A DNA stretch of 64,000 bases. Origin: Phoronis australis (lineage: Eukaryota; Animalia; Phoronida). Under the pieces are notes generated by a model. That model was not told where the DNA came from, did not search any database, and saw only the letters and a program-made list of their open reading frames with translations. Each line of letters starts with the position of its first letter. Within the stretch, counting starts at the first letter, position 1. A program made the translations under genes and the position numbers. The DNA lies in assembly GCA_002633005.1 (NCBI GenBank), contig NMRA01000056.1, positions 629,165 through 693,164 of the forward strand, written 5' to 3'. This document shows positions 13,739 to 27,200 of the stretch, in pieces.

Positions 13739-16029
13739 TACTCATGTCGTATTAAATTAGTTATAAACATAAACATACTCACGGATTTCTCGTTTTTTCA
13801 GGATGTCCATAAAGGTTTTGAAATTTTTTTGGGTTACGACGTTAGCCAACACTGATTTTGGAATTTCCGGGTCAATAAGACACATGGCGTCCATGCACGC
13901 ACGTTTCACTTTCTTGTTGGGTAATTTTCTTCCAGGACATTCTTTAACTAGGAAGGTGTGAATCTAAGAAAATAAACATTTTGAGATTGAAATAACGCAG
14001 AACTGCTCATGACGTCAATCGCCCTGATTTAACCTACTCTACAGATACTCTACCTGTGTGTATTTATACCCATGCCCCTATATCCAAAACGATGTTTCTG
14101 CCAAAACTTATTTTTGATACACCTAAACTTAATTTACCCTAACCTCCAGGGGGTATACATGTGCACGTGGTCTTTTGTGAGTTAGTACTTCTTTTCGTTC
14201 GAATTAATGTCATAAAGAAAACACTGCGGTTTTGAAATGCGCCTGATGCGTGATATGGACACAGCTTCGGATTCACCATGGCCGTTACATACAGTACTGT
14301 GTTGCTGTGCAGAAAGGCATCGCCGATGAGTACGGGACTGACTACACGTACGGTAATCCATTGTCAGTACATAGATCCGACCAGGCAGACCTACGCATGC
14401 TCTGGAGTGGATCTTCTTCTCACGGGACCACTCATCCCGTAAAATTGAAATATTGATATGATATGACGACCCTTAAAACGGATACCGAACCCGGTTTTTG
14501 GCCTAACAGATACTTAAAAGTACTTTCTCGTCTAGTTCTCTGAAACAAAATAATGATCTGCAATTCTCCACGACCCTCAAATTTTGGAGGAAACTTTGGA
14601 AAACTCCTTTCAAAGTCTGCTAAACGGACAAGGGTGACCTACTTTTTCGGGAATTACACGGAAGCGGAAGCTTTGGGAAAAGACCACCTACCAAGGACCA
14701 TGATGTCCAATCTGTGAGATAGGGAGGGGGAGTTTTTAATTGATTCTTGTCTTTAACTTGCAAGATTGTCGCCAACGATGATTGCTTGAAATCGCCAAAA
14801 CAGGGTTTGGTATCCTTTTAAGTTAGTTAACGAGAAAGGTTGTTTTATATGGAATTAACTGGAATTTAATCTTTTGAAAGCCTACTTCCACATTATCAAT
14901 GTTTCCGAGCGAGATCGGTGTGTCTTCTATTGAAAAGAATTCACTTAACTTTAAATCCAACAGCAACGACCATGGGCGAATTTAGGAGTGGGGGCAGGGA
15001 GTTACGCTGGACCGTAGAAACATGTCCAAACTTGGCTAACTTTTAAAAGAACGTCAAAAACAGCATTTCGGATTCATATGAAACCTTCACATAATGCGCT
15101 TTTGCAGTTGTCCAAAACGATGCGAGGCATTGTTTTTAAAATATTGCATGATAGTCTATCAAAAATAGATTTTTGTGAAAAATCTCGAACGTAGCATGAA
15201 ACTAAAAAGAAATATTTTAGAAAAATGATCTGGGCCTTCTCATGTTGAACATTTGTATCAAATAGAGCTTGATTATACTATTTCGCTAAAAACATGGTCA
15301 CGTGACACAATTAATGACACGCAGATTGGTAATAAGTGAAAAAATCTACTTCTACTGAGTTAGAATCAATAGTTTTGCAGATAGTTGATGAAATACGCAG
15401 ATTTTCAATAAGATCCTACATAAAAATCTGCTCAGAAAACATAGGGCGTAACCGTGTGTCTACGTAGCGCGCTTGGTGGATTGGACAATGTTTTTTTTAT
15501 CAAACTATTCTAATTGACTTACCCGTTTGAAGGCTTCTTGCTGTTTGGCTGTGTATTCAAATAAACGGGGGTACAACATGGAAGCCTGAAAAAATTTGGA
15601 TTCGTATAAGCGAAGCCGTTTAGGCGCATCCCAATGAGCTATGTATTTATCTAAGTCATTCGCGCCTTATGTTACAGCGCCACCTTTGCAACAGACTGGT
15701 ACTCGCAATTGCTCACGTACAACATATTGGGTACCTGTCAGTAGCACTTCAGTCACCAGGTGGTGAGCACGTTTCGTCCACGATTCACCTTACCTGGCTA
15801 GAAGTCAACTGCCTACTATGCCAGTGTCGTGCAAATCGACGACACGTGGTGAGTCTGCTTAAAAATAGTTCGGATAAGGGATAATTTAGACCTATGGTTT
15901 GAAACCAGGAAGCAGAAGAAGTTATCAAAAGCAGAAGTGGTAACTTGGGTTCACCTTGACAAGGGCGATTTCCCATACGATCGTTGGTTTCAAACATATT
16001 TCACCTCGCGCTGTAGTTGTGTGGAGCAG

Positions 16030-16568
16030 AGGCGCGTCCCCTGGGTGGTGGATGGGGAAGCCCTTCTAGATGGGGGTTGCACTGACTAACACGGAATAAG
16101 GTGCCGTGAACCAACTCAACCTAGGACAATGGGAAACTCCGATTCAAAACCCGGGTAGATGGAACTCGTTAACCTCGGTTGCCTAGGAGAAAGAAAACTC
16201 TGATTCCAAATAAGGTAGACAGAACTCGTTCGCCTTGACAGGCAGTTTGTCTAGGAGAAGGAAAACTCTGATTTTAAAGACGGGTAGCATGTGCACACTC
16301 AGGGGGGAGGGGGCTCGAAGTGGGTAAAAAGGTCCGCCTCAGAGAAACAAAAAGTCCGAGAAAACTAGACAAAAGTCCACTAAAAAGGCGCAGACGCACA
16401 AGTCACAGACCTGAAGGTGGTACCCCCGTTTTTTTAGTCCTCCCGATTTTTTTGTTAACAAGAGGCCACTTTGTCAGAGATTCGAGCCCCCCATATTAAA
16501 GGCTGGGTGCACGCATGGGAATACAGAACTCGTTAGCCTTGGCAGGCAGTTTGTCTAGAAGAAAAACT
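16030..16568 (+). mobile_element. RTE-clade LINE 5'-UTR-like tandem repeat region
   Basis: About 4 imperfect 60-70 bp units containing ctaggagaaggaaaactctgatt and gaactcgtt; resembles RTE 5' ends as I recall them; no LINE ORF follows. Confidence 0.45.
16288..16517. mobile_element. hAT-type MITE inserted in the tandem repeat
   Basis: TIR catgtgcacactcag / ctgggtgcacgcatg; interrupts the unit ggtag|acagaactcg. Confidence 0.65.
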
Positions 16569-16569
16569 G

Positions 16570-19500
16570 TTGCTTGACGATCAAGTAAAAGACTTGGTGA
16601 CGATTAACACTAACAAGGGTCTGTTTGCGTACAACAGACCCCATTTTGGTATCGCGTCGAGCCCTGCCATTTAGCAACGTTTATGGACCAGGTTCTATTC
16701 GGTTTAACTGGAACTTGTGGTATCATGGACGATGTATTAGTAATTGGTAAAGATGACATAGATCTAAGCGTAACTTGCACAACTAATTCGCTCGTTTCGA
16801 ACATTTCGGCTTACGCGTCAAAGCCGAAAAGTGTAACCTTGTGCAACCAAGTGCGGTATACATGGGCACAAGAATTAGCAGCAAGGGGCTCCAAACCACC
16901 CACGACAAGGTGGAAGCGATTCGTAAAGCTCCATCCCCGCGGAACGTAACCGAACGTCGGTCATGACTTGGAATGGTTAATTTCCAAGCGCAGTTCATTC
17001 CGAACTTGTCATCAATGATTCATCCCCTCGACGAGCATTTGGGGAAAGTTCCATTTAAATGGACAAAATCATGCGAAGACGCATTTGATGAGGTCTTGGT
17101 CACCTTAACGTTAAAAACCATCTTAGTACACTACAATCCATCATTGCCTCTAAAGTTGGTCGTTGATGCATCTCCGTACGGTGCTGCTCTCGTACACGTC
17201 TATGACAATGATGTGCGCTAACCTCGTGTTGCTTACGCCTCACGCACGTTGGGTAACCACGAACAAGGTTATGCTCAGTTGGATAAGGAAGCTTTGTCCA
17301 TCATGTTTGGGTTGAAACGCTTCCATACGTACCTCTACGGACGAAAGTTCACCATATGTAGTACTGATCACAAACCCTTGGAACGAATCATTGGTCCGAA
17401 AACGTCAATACCGACGCTCGCAGCGCAACGTTTGCAACGATGGGCAGTAACATTGTCCTTATTCAACTATGCCATACGTTATATTCCAGCGAAGCTGAAT
17501 GCTATCGCGGAATCCAGTTACATGTAGGGAGATCGTTGAAGTTACGCGTAATGATCCTCTGCTATCTCGAGTTCTACGATTTGTTAAATTCGGTTGGCCT
17601 AGCGGTTTGAAAGACAAGGATTTTGAGCCGTTCATGTCACGTCGTCAAGAGCTCACAGTAGAGAATGACTGCATGTTATGGGGAAAGGGCGTCATCATTC
17701 CACCTAAGTACCAACAAGCCGTACTCGAGGAACTGCGCGATTCTCATGTGGGTATTGTTTCGCATGAACTGAAGGAGATTGGGACTTTTGTGTGGTGGAT
17801 AAATATCGATAAGGATATCAGTAATCTTGTGAAAAGTTGTCATTCGTGTCAGCAGGTTTCGAATTTGCCTGCTGTTGCCCCTCTGATGCCTTGGGTGTGC
17901 CCAAACAGGCCCTGGCACAGAGTGAATGCCGATTTCGCAGAAAAAGATGGAAATCATTTCCTAGTGATCACTGATGCTCACTCAAAGTGGCCGCAAATTA
18001 TACATATGAAAAGCACTATCGCAGGTGCTTCTATTTGTGTATTACGTAAGTTGTTTAGCAAGTATGGGATTTCAGTCCAATTTTTCAGCGAAACGGGCCA
18101 CAGTTTATAAGTAATGAGTTTCAACACTTTTTGAAACTCAACGCTGTGAAACAAGCGTTTGTGACACCACATTATGCGTCTAGCAATGGTGCGGCAGAAA
18201 GAATGGTGCAATCTTTCAAAAATTCACTGAAAGCGAGTAGGTCAGGTGAGAGGTCGCTTGATCAACGTATCACGAGTTTCCTCTTGTCATACCGATCGAC
18301 AAAACATGACACCACGGGGGGTTCACCAGCACAGTTGTTCCTCGGACGCGAACTCAGAACACGTTTATCTGCAATTCGACCAGATATCGAAACCAAAGTT
18401 TCGCATAGCCAGCTGTCGCAAAAGTTGAATCACGAGACTTCGTGAATTCATGATAGGTGAGGAAGTGTTTGTGAAAGATTTCCGTGTGAAGGAGAAATGG
18501 TGACCTGGTGTTATCGCGGAAAGATCAGGTCCTAAGTCGTATGTGGTGTTATTAAGTGACGGAAGAGTGTGGAAAAGATACATAGATCAGGGCCCGGTCT
18601 CCAATCTCCGTACTCAGACTCGAATCATGCTCAAACTCACACTTCATACTCAACTCGAGTACAGACTCAGCTTTGGTGTATTCATTGTCATACTCGAAAA
18701 ATCTGTGCTCGAAATTTCGAGCACGTACTCAGTTTTCGAGTGTACTCGAACTGAAGTGTATCTCAACNATTATCTCTGAACTGAAATTGAAGTGCTGAGA
18801 TACGGTAAGAGGACTTATTTTTTTAGATTTGTTGTGTTTCTTGGTTCCCTTTCGATATTTTGTTCTCTGGCTTGTGTTTATTTTCGAGTACGATTTCAAG
18901 CACACTGCCATACCAAACTTGAAATTTGAGCATAGACTCCGAATTTTTACTCAAAGTCATACTCGAACTATAGATGAGATACACTTCAGTTCGAATACAC
19001 TCGAAAATTGAGTACGTGCTCGAAATTTCGAGTACAGATTTTTCGAGTATGACATTGAATACACCAAAGCTGAGTCTGTACTCGAGTTGAGTATGACGTG
19101 TGAGTTTGAGCATGATTCGAGTCTGAGTACGGAGATTGGAGACCGGGCCCTGGCCCAGATGAAGTTGTTGTCTCTTCATGGCGTGAAACCAGAGAATGTG
19201 GCTCAGTAAGCCGGAATCAGAGTCAGAATCTGCTATATTGCCACAACCGGATAGCGATCTAGTGCCGAAAGTTAGTCCAGAATCGCAGGATCAACAGTCT
19301 ACGGACATGATGCCTGAACCGTCATCTGGTGTTCCGGATATACCAGATAACAATGAACCAAGTGACACTTCGATCATCCCAAAATCGGTGTCTTCTCCGA
19401 CCGATAAGTCGAATGGTTCTCAGCAACTCGATCCGGTGACTTAACCGCTTAGAAGATAGACTCGGACACGCCGGAGTCCAAAACGTTAGGTTGTGTGACT

Positions 19501-19690
19501 GTAGTTAAGACATTTACTAATAGAAATAGTACCTATGAGTTATTTACTTAAGAACTCTTAGTAACGACTCTTGCTTAACGAACCAAACTTTGTTTTACAG
19601 GTTATTTGACGATGTAGTTTTTTTTTAACCTAACGTTGGCGTAATTTCTTATTTTAGCTAGCACTCCGTTTTCTTCAGCTAGGAGGGAGG
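16570..19690 (+). mobile_element. Ty3/Gypsy retrotransposon remnant 1 (RT, RNase H, integrase, Pro/Ser tail, polypurine tract)
   Basis: INTNKGLFAY, IMDDVLV, VDASPYG, YAQLDKEAL, TDHKPL, RLQRWA, PWHRVNADFA, SNGAAERMVQSFK, GRELRTRL, WKRYIDQ; many stops and frameshifts; purine tract near 19680. Confidence 0.95.
18591..19155. mobile_element. Foldback MITE with about 175-bp TIRs, PIF/Harbinger-like, inserted in the Gypsy integrase tail
   Basis: 18591-18765 is a near-perfect inverted repeat of about 18975-19149; GGCCC termini; CAG at 18588-18590 and 19156-19158; one N at 18768. Confidence 0.85.
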
Positions 19691-19691
19691 A

Positions 19692-20264
19692 CTCGCTGGT
19701 TCCCTACGTGCCTAACCAGCACGCAGGTATCACGCAGTGGCACGCGCGTTAACATTGGTTGATGCAACCTCACCAGTCATTGGTTAGCTTTACAACACCG
19801 TGAAAAAATGGTGGATTGTGAACGATTTTTAGATTTGTCATGCAATTGGTATCGCAGCAACTATTTCGTTTCTCCAGTGATGTTTAATAGCCGCGTGCTT
19901 GAAGCACAAAACACATATCTCGCCGATTTAATCGGTGTGTTTATTCATACTGTATGAATACAGGACAGTATCGTAAAGAAAAGTCATTGACAGTAGAAAG
20001 ATTCACTCCGAAAAGGCGCAACCACAATTTCTAGGATTCATATTTCCTGAACATAAATTTTAAGCACCGATTTTTCTGTACAACAGACCAGATTACACTT
20101 CAGTCCATCAGTCATGACATGCCAGTTTGTTTGCGTAGAGCGCTGCCTGTTGGGAATTCGACTAGCCAACCAGAAACGCCGGTGTAAAAAAAATCCCGAG
20201 GAAAAGTAAGTGATACCTGCGTGCTGGCTACTGACCACCTAGCGGCACACAGGGAACCAGCGAG
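19692..20264. mobile_element. Non-autonomous TIR element inserted in the Gypsy polypurine tract
   Basis: TIR ctcgctggttccct..gtgcc / ggcacacagggaaccagcgag, subterminal ccagcacgcaggtatcac at both ends; flanks ggagggagga / ggagggagcc. Confidence 0.75.
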
Positions 20265-20279
20265 GGAGGGAGCCGGGAG

Positions 20280-20658
20280 TGCGATGTTTGCATCCTTTTA
20301 GTTTTAGTCTCGCATATGTGATACTTAGACGAGAGTTGTAAGTAACGTTGTTGTAACGCAAGCCGCCAAATTGGAATAGATTTAGATTTAGTTTTTATCA
20401 TGAGCTGAGTTTTTATGCCTCTTACTACATAAAATTTAACACATGAGTATAGAATGTTTAAGTAACAAGGCAATCCCAGGCCCAGTGTATTCAAAGTCCG
20501 TGCAGTTCGTTTTTGGCGTGGTTGGGAATTTTGTTATTCACTCATCCGATTAAATTAAAATTTGGGTGTCTGAGCACGACCAGCCCTGTATGACTCATGT
20601 GACCTATGTGCCTTCCGTACGTGTTCTTAGAAATGGCGGTTTTATTCATGATACACCA
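20280..20658 (+). mobile_element. Possible 3' LTR of Gypsy remnant 1
   Basis: TG directly after the rest of the purine tract; candidate end tacacca; no second copy to confirm. Confidence 0.3.
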
Positions 20659-22009
20659 TGTTTTTTATCCCCATTGCTTTATGTACCGGTACTAGTAAAG
20701 GCGTTTCTCCTTTTCATGCACGCAGTTGAAGTTCAGTGTTGAGATGCGATTCGTAAAAAAGCAGGGATTCTGCGGAAGTGAGAAATAATTGTGTGCACGA
20801 AGATCACCGTTAGTGTAATCGCATGTCAAATAGGCCAATCCATAGTTAACTGACGGGGGAAGAGTGGTAAACCTTACTAGTGCCAAGACTTGCTACCATA
20901 GATCATAGTCATAAACAATTGTCTACATTATATTGCTACTTACTCTTTGACTGATGGCAACATCGCTGAATACAGTGCCTAAGTTTCTGGGAGTGGTCTT
21001 AGCGCTGCTAGTGCTCGCAATGCTACTGCTGCCTTTGGATTTGTGTTTGGCAGCCGAAACATTTTTCGTCGACTTAGGACGGGATCGCGCATCGATTGGC
21101 TCACGTGGGAGACTCGACGAGGTTTGGTCGTCTCGTGGATCCTCGATACCAACCGTTTCAATATTTCTTGGGAGGTTTGAACTTTGGTGTTCATGTATCG
21201 AGGTCAGGTTACTTAGTACGTCCGTCATTGCAGCGCAGCCAGGTGTTAAGTTAGCGCATTTCCCTGACACCGACCCTGTGAGCCTGGTAATATGGCGTAT
21301 GCGTGACGTCACACATTACGTCACTAATAAATGACGTGTTAACCACAAAGTATTGAAAACGGCATGTGATGATATCCGATAGAGGTCGCCAGTGTCCGAA
21401 TAAATGTACAAACTACATGTTGTCATTTTATTTCTATGGTGGCAGATCGGTAAAAAACTACATTTGCACGATGTGAAGCAGTGGTAACGAAAATGCCAGT
21501 TATGAACTGGGCGCATGACCCACTTTTGGACTCGTGTCGATATTTTAAGGCTCGAACTTTATTATTAAGACCTCGAATGATTACGGACTCGGACGAGGCC
21601 AAGCATGTAATCCAAACCTTGGCGATGAGGAAAGAACTCCCAACAAAAGAGAAAGGATACCGGTTGGTAACGAGTTATATCGAACGTGGTGGAGAATTTG
21701 AGGCCAAGATAAATGGCTCATAGTCGTCGCTTAAGTTGTTGTCACAGCCGCACCACGACTAGATGCTACTGCGAATATCGATGTACTAAAAAATGATTGT
21801 AGTGAATGTGAACTGCGCGTCACAAACCAAGATTTTTACCTGCTTACAACGATGAATGCAGAAAGTGCGGACAAAGAAGGCATTGGCAAAAACACTATCG
21901 CGTGAAACAAAATGATCCAAAAGCAACGCACTCAAAACCCAAAACGCAAAATGTGTCCATGCCGTGAATAATACGCTTACACGAAAGTCACTCATTTCTA
22001 AAGATAGGC

Positions 22010-22250
22010 CTCGCTGGTTCCCTGCGTGCCGCTGCTAGCCAGCACGCAGGTATCACTTAATATTCCTTGGGAATTTTTTTACACCGGAGTTTCTGATTGA
22101 CTGGTTGAGTTCTCAACAGGCAGCGCTGTACGCAAACAAACTGGCATGACTGCTGGAGGAGGTGTAAATGTGGTCTGTTGTACAGACAAATCTGTATTTA
22201 AAATTGATGTTCAGGAAATGTGAATCCCAGAAATTGTGGTTGCGCCTTTC
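22010..22250 (-). mobile_element. Inverted partial copy of the 19692-20264 element
   Basis: Reverse complement of about 20010-20264. Confidence 0.8.
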
Positions 22251-22394
22251 TACTTTCGTTTAGCACTGTGATAGAGTGTAGGAACCGGCGAGAAGATATG
22301 GGTGACTTTTCACTGCTCGTGATAAAAGAGAGCGCGGAGCCAGAGTCGGACTCAGTTGCGATGACCGCATTGTCCGGTGTGAGCAGTATCCAAT

Positions 22395-24290
22395 TAAGTG
22401 TAATTATCCAACCATAAACTGTAGTAAACATCTGTGCCTGTACATACTGGCGAATTTTCAAAATGTATTAACCAACATTTTTCGTTAAAAACAAATACCA
22501 CAGAAAAAACAACCAAGTTTGGTTTTCGATTTTTAAAAATCGATGAACCATTAAGCAAAAAACTATGAACATTGGGTACGATTGAAGATAAACGACTGTG
22601 CGTAATGATATACTTGGTGGATTTACAAGCGCTGATCAGAGTTAAATATAACGTGGGTTATTCTTTTAATATACAATTTAGTTACACTGAAACGTCTGTA
22701 AACAACACACATTGGCTAAATCAGATTTCAATAACTTTCAAAGCATAGTTTATGGCCCAGTGCATACCGAACTACTTTGACTCGAGGATTAGTACAGCTA
22801 ACTGGAAAATTGATATTCGCGGAAATGCGCCACTTTCTATAGTTAGCTTATAGTTGTAATGGAACACGTGCGAAAACAAGAAAGATGGCTAGCTTTGTAG
22901 TCAACGAGAGAGTGCAAGCAGTGGATGACGTTGATCGGTGAGCAAGAGCTGCGATTACATTTTTATGACCCAGGAAAAGCTAGAATATTTGCGTAGTTAC
23001 TGCAACCAAAATTGTCCAGAGGTTCCAAATCTTCAGTTTGGCTTTCACCATATTTGAACTTTTGTATATATTTTATGATTTGAGTTCTAATAAAGATTGA
23101 ACTTGACTTAATGACAGGTACGTGTAGTTTTGTTTACTGTGACATGTTTGATGTAGCTGTAATCTGGAAAATTTAGAGATGGGTTCACTATTAGCTGACT
23201 TCTAGTAAGTTGTTTTGATACTTCGTGTAAAAACAAAATAAAAAGATAAGCAACCCTAACCGGTAAGAAAAAAAAACATGTTGACAGGAGTATAAAGTAA
23301 TAGAAACATTTATGAAACATATTTAAAACCAACTTTCCTTTGGGAAATGGCCCTTTGTCAATATCAACGCATGTTAACTTTTTAGTCTTTTTGTAATATT
23401 TAAAATATGTACCACTGAAGTTAAAACTATTCTCCACGTGTAATTACTTGACCATAAGCTGTAGTAAACATCTCTGCCTGTACAAAATGGCGAATCTTCG
23501 AAATACATTAACCAATAATTTTCGTTAAAAACGAACACCACGGCAGTATTCAGCTGGAAAATATGACCACGTATGGTTTTCAATTTTTAAAAATCGATGA
23601 ACAAATAAGCTAAATACTACAAACATTGGGTACGATTGAAGATAAACGACCACGTGTATTGATATACTCGGTGGATTACAAACGGTGATCAGAGTTAACA
23701 ATATCGTTTGGATTATTCTTTTAATATTCTTTCAGTCTCGTTTTACCGGATTTTTTACTAAGAAACAGTTGTCCTTAACTTGTACCCACTCTTCATTTAT
23801 GACTGACAAAAAGCTGGAACAGTTATGTAGTCTGTGCAACCGAAATTGTCGAGAGATTCCAAATGTTCAGTTTGGCCATCACCATATTTGCATTTTCGTA
23901 TAATTTGTGATTTGAGTTCTAATAAAGATTAAACTTGAACTAATAACACGTGTAGTTTTGGTAGGTGTGAAATGTTTAGTGTAGCTGTAATCTCAAAAGT
24001 TGAGGGATGGGTTCACAATTAACTAAATTAATTAAGTTTCCCTGGCGATCAAAATTTACCACTGTTTTGGTACTTCAAGTTTAAAAATAAAATGTAAAGA
24101 TATCAACCCGTTCCCGGTAAGAAAAAAACAAGTTGACAAGAGTATGAAAAATGAAATAACGAAAACCGGTTGAAACAGTTTTAAAACCATCGTTCCTTTG
24201 AGAAGTGTCTTTTTGTGAAAATGAACACAAATTTACTTTTTTAGTCACATTGTAATATTCAAAATGTACCAAGTTAGAACTGCTCTCCAC
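22395..24290 (+). repeat. Diverged tandem duplication (units about 22395-23440 and 23440-24290)
   Basis: Shared blocks ctgtagtaaacatct, cattgggtacgattgaagataaacgac, gatttgagttctaataaagatt, aaatgtacc...ctccac. Confidence 0.85.
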
Positions 24291-27200
24291 ATTGCAGGCT
24301 TTAACTCCGTGCAAATGCCAGAGAAAACCAAGTCGGGTGTAATAACAACACCATTGTTAAGAAAGTAGAGCTAGCTATTATCTTTCCACTTCATTAGCTC
24401 AGATCTACATCAATACAAAGGGCGTGCTGAATAGGCATCATAAAATTGTCTGGGGCTTAGGGAATCTGAGCGGTGAACAGTGTAAGCGAAAAAATTCTCC
24501 ACATGCGTTTCTATGACACAGACTCTAGTACGATGACGATTTAGCTGTAAAGATAGATACTCGAAAACGTTTTACACTATCAATGTCAGTAACTTTGGCC
24601 TTCAGCGAAATAACCGACTCCGAAGTGTACACTACTCTCATGTCCAAACACGACAAACCCGCTGCAAAAGGGTCCCTTGGAATTGAAATTGGTGATTCCG
24701 GGGCAGCAGGGACCACTCCGCATCTACCGTTTAGCGACCGCTCTTTATCCAAAATGCTTTTTCAAGAGTCACATGTTAGGCTTTTCACTTACACTCGTCA
24801 AACCAACAAATGCTTTTGGTCCCTCAGCCTTGGGTTACAGCTCTAGAACCAGGATAGATATACTAGTTCCTATCACAGGTTTTACCTAGTCAATTCCGCG
24901 GGGCCGATAATTCTCGGCTTCTCGACTTCCTCAACCGAGGAAACTCATATCTATCGACATTCTGTCGAAAGCCAGTCTTGTGACGCCACGGAGATGATCA
25001 AACATCACGTGTCTGCCCTACCGCCTACACCGCAGAAACGGTAACGAAAGTCGACTCGATATTTGACCTCAAGCGTTGTTTACCTGACCAGATCGGCGAT
25101 TTCGCTGGAAAGAGACCGAAATACACATCCATGATGATGGCGAGTCCCACCTATACCCGCTACCTCGACCTGTCGTGAACATATTCTCTGAACCTATTGA
25201 CTTCCACGTACAAGGAAGAACTGGAACGCACGGAAAAGATGGGCGACATCAGAAAAGCTACTGGGGGCACTGACTGATGTTCGTCACTTAAAGATGACAG
25301 TCTTCCGGTATGCCTGAATCCTCGCTACCTTAAAAAAAGCCTTAAACGATGCCCACATAAATTTTCACTGTGCAAAAAATCACATCAGCATTTGCTAAAG
25401 CTAGATATTATACCAAGCTTGATGCAGAAGCCGGTTATTGGAGTGTTAAGTTGGCTGAGTCATCTCAGGAACTCGAAAAATTTTGCACTCCATTCGGGCG
25501 GTACTGTTTCAAGATTTTGCCATTTAGTTTAGCTATCTCGCAAGACATTTGACGTGGTTATCGAGCAGTGTGAGGGCTGTGTTGGAATCAATGATGATAT
25601 CGTCATCTGTGGAGAATCCGAAGAAGAGCATGACCAACGTCTGAGATTCTTTGAGATAGCGTGAAAAGAAGGTTTGAAACTCAATTCTGCCAAATGCGTC
25701 ATCGAGACAACTGTATGCCATTTTTCGGTCGCGTGTTAACCGACCATGGTATACTATCAGATACACGAAAAGTTGAAGATATTACGCATGTGACAACTTC
25801 TCAAGACAAAGAAAGCCTCCGAAAGTTCTTGCGTATGGCTAGGAAACAGTAGGGTGTGGCAACGTTTTTGTCGAATCTACTCCCAAACTTTTCAGAACAC
25901 ACCGCCATCTTAAGAGATCTAAAAGAATTGTCCATTTGAGTCGGTAGTTGATCATCAGGCGGCTTTCGACAGCATTAAACAGTTTGTAACCAACAACGTA
26001 AGTCTACGCTACTACGGCTCCAATCACCATTCAGCTGCTCTCGAAGTTGATGCCAGCATCTCTACGACAAACCATTTACCGTCGTAATGGGTCACAACTG
26101 AAACGGGATGATTTTTATTCACGCGGCACCACCAAGACTTCAGCGAATGATTATTATAGTGGAAGAGTATGATTTCTGTGTTCGGGTTAGGCAAGGTACC
26201 TATAGATGGTGCTCAGTCGTTGATACCCTGTCAAGACTACCAAATCTAAAGAAAAACAACGAAGTAACTTTTGGACTGCTATGTCGACAGTATTGTGGAA
26301 ATTGACTTCTAGAATGTCAAAGTCGACTTGTAAAATTTCTCTGCTTCAAAGGAAGGAGCATGTCAGATTTGAAACCCTCAACGGTCTTGTTCTCAGAGCA
26401 GTTAGGAAAGTGCCGGGTCCTAGACGGATGGGTCTCCACTGCCATGCGACATGCAGACAATCTTAAAACTTTGGGTAACGTATCAAGTGTTATCCTGGGC
26501 GGCTCTAGAATTCCAAAACTTTCATTAATGTGTTAATATACTTCAAGGTACAGCAGAAGGTTTATATTTGTTAAACAGAGGGTGGGAAGTAGAAACTCTG
26601 TGGGACGTAGGCAGTCGTTTTCGTCACCCCCCCCCCCGGCCGTGACGTCATTGGAAATCAGCAGTGCTGTTTGCTCTTCAGTGATGAACTCGAAATACGT
26701 TAAAAAGATTATCTCAAATTTTGTTTAGTGACCTTCATTCTAACTCATATATCAAAAAACAAGCCATGTCAGTTAGTAAACGTATATATTTTGAAAACAT
26801 GTTTTACATTTATGTGCCATTTTTTATTACGTTAACACATTTTTTAAGTCGAAATTTCATTTTCAAGAAAGGTACATTCATAACAAAATTACCCGTTGGT
26901 CGATTTTAATGAAACCCCTTTCAAATGAAAACGTCACGGTTAACCTCAAAAACGCTATTAAGAATTTTCGAGTACTCATTTGGTTTTGTTTCTATGCCAA
27001 TTTAACTCGCAAAACGTAAGGTATTTTTGTAAAAAAAATAGCAGTCGTATTCGTCTATCTTACGGTACGCAAAAATTACGCGTTTGAAAAGAAAATTCAA
27101 AGCGTTTTTGAGATTAATGAATAGCTATTAAAACTGAAAAGTTTCAGTGAAATTCATTAAGCCGTTTTCGAGAACTCGCGTTCTTAAGTTTATGTCGATT

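Larger units (their letters stand above)
21435..26465 (+). mobile_element. Ty3/Gypsy retrotransposon remnant 2 (PBS-like site, gag, protease, RT, RNase H), interrupted at about 22010-24480
   Basis: tggtggcag at 21435; gag PVMNW..FKAR; zinc knuckle CRKCGQRRHW near 21855-21890; protease DSGA near 24695; RT KLDAEAGYWSV, TPFGRYCF; PPRLQRM, DTLSRLP. Confidence 0.85.

Noticed and set aside
18543-19179. Two near-identical ORFs on opposite strands
   Set aside because: They are translations of the MITE's inverted repeats.
20923-21334. Overlapping 129-aa and 126-aa ORFs and CRE-like sites near 21303
   Set aside because: No recognisable motifs; they lie just upstream of the Gypsy 2 PBS-like site and are probably LTR or other TE sequence.
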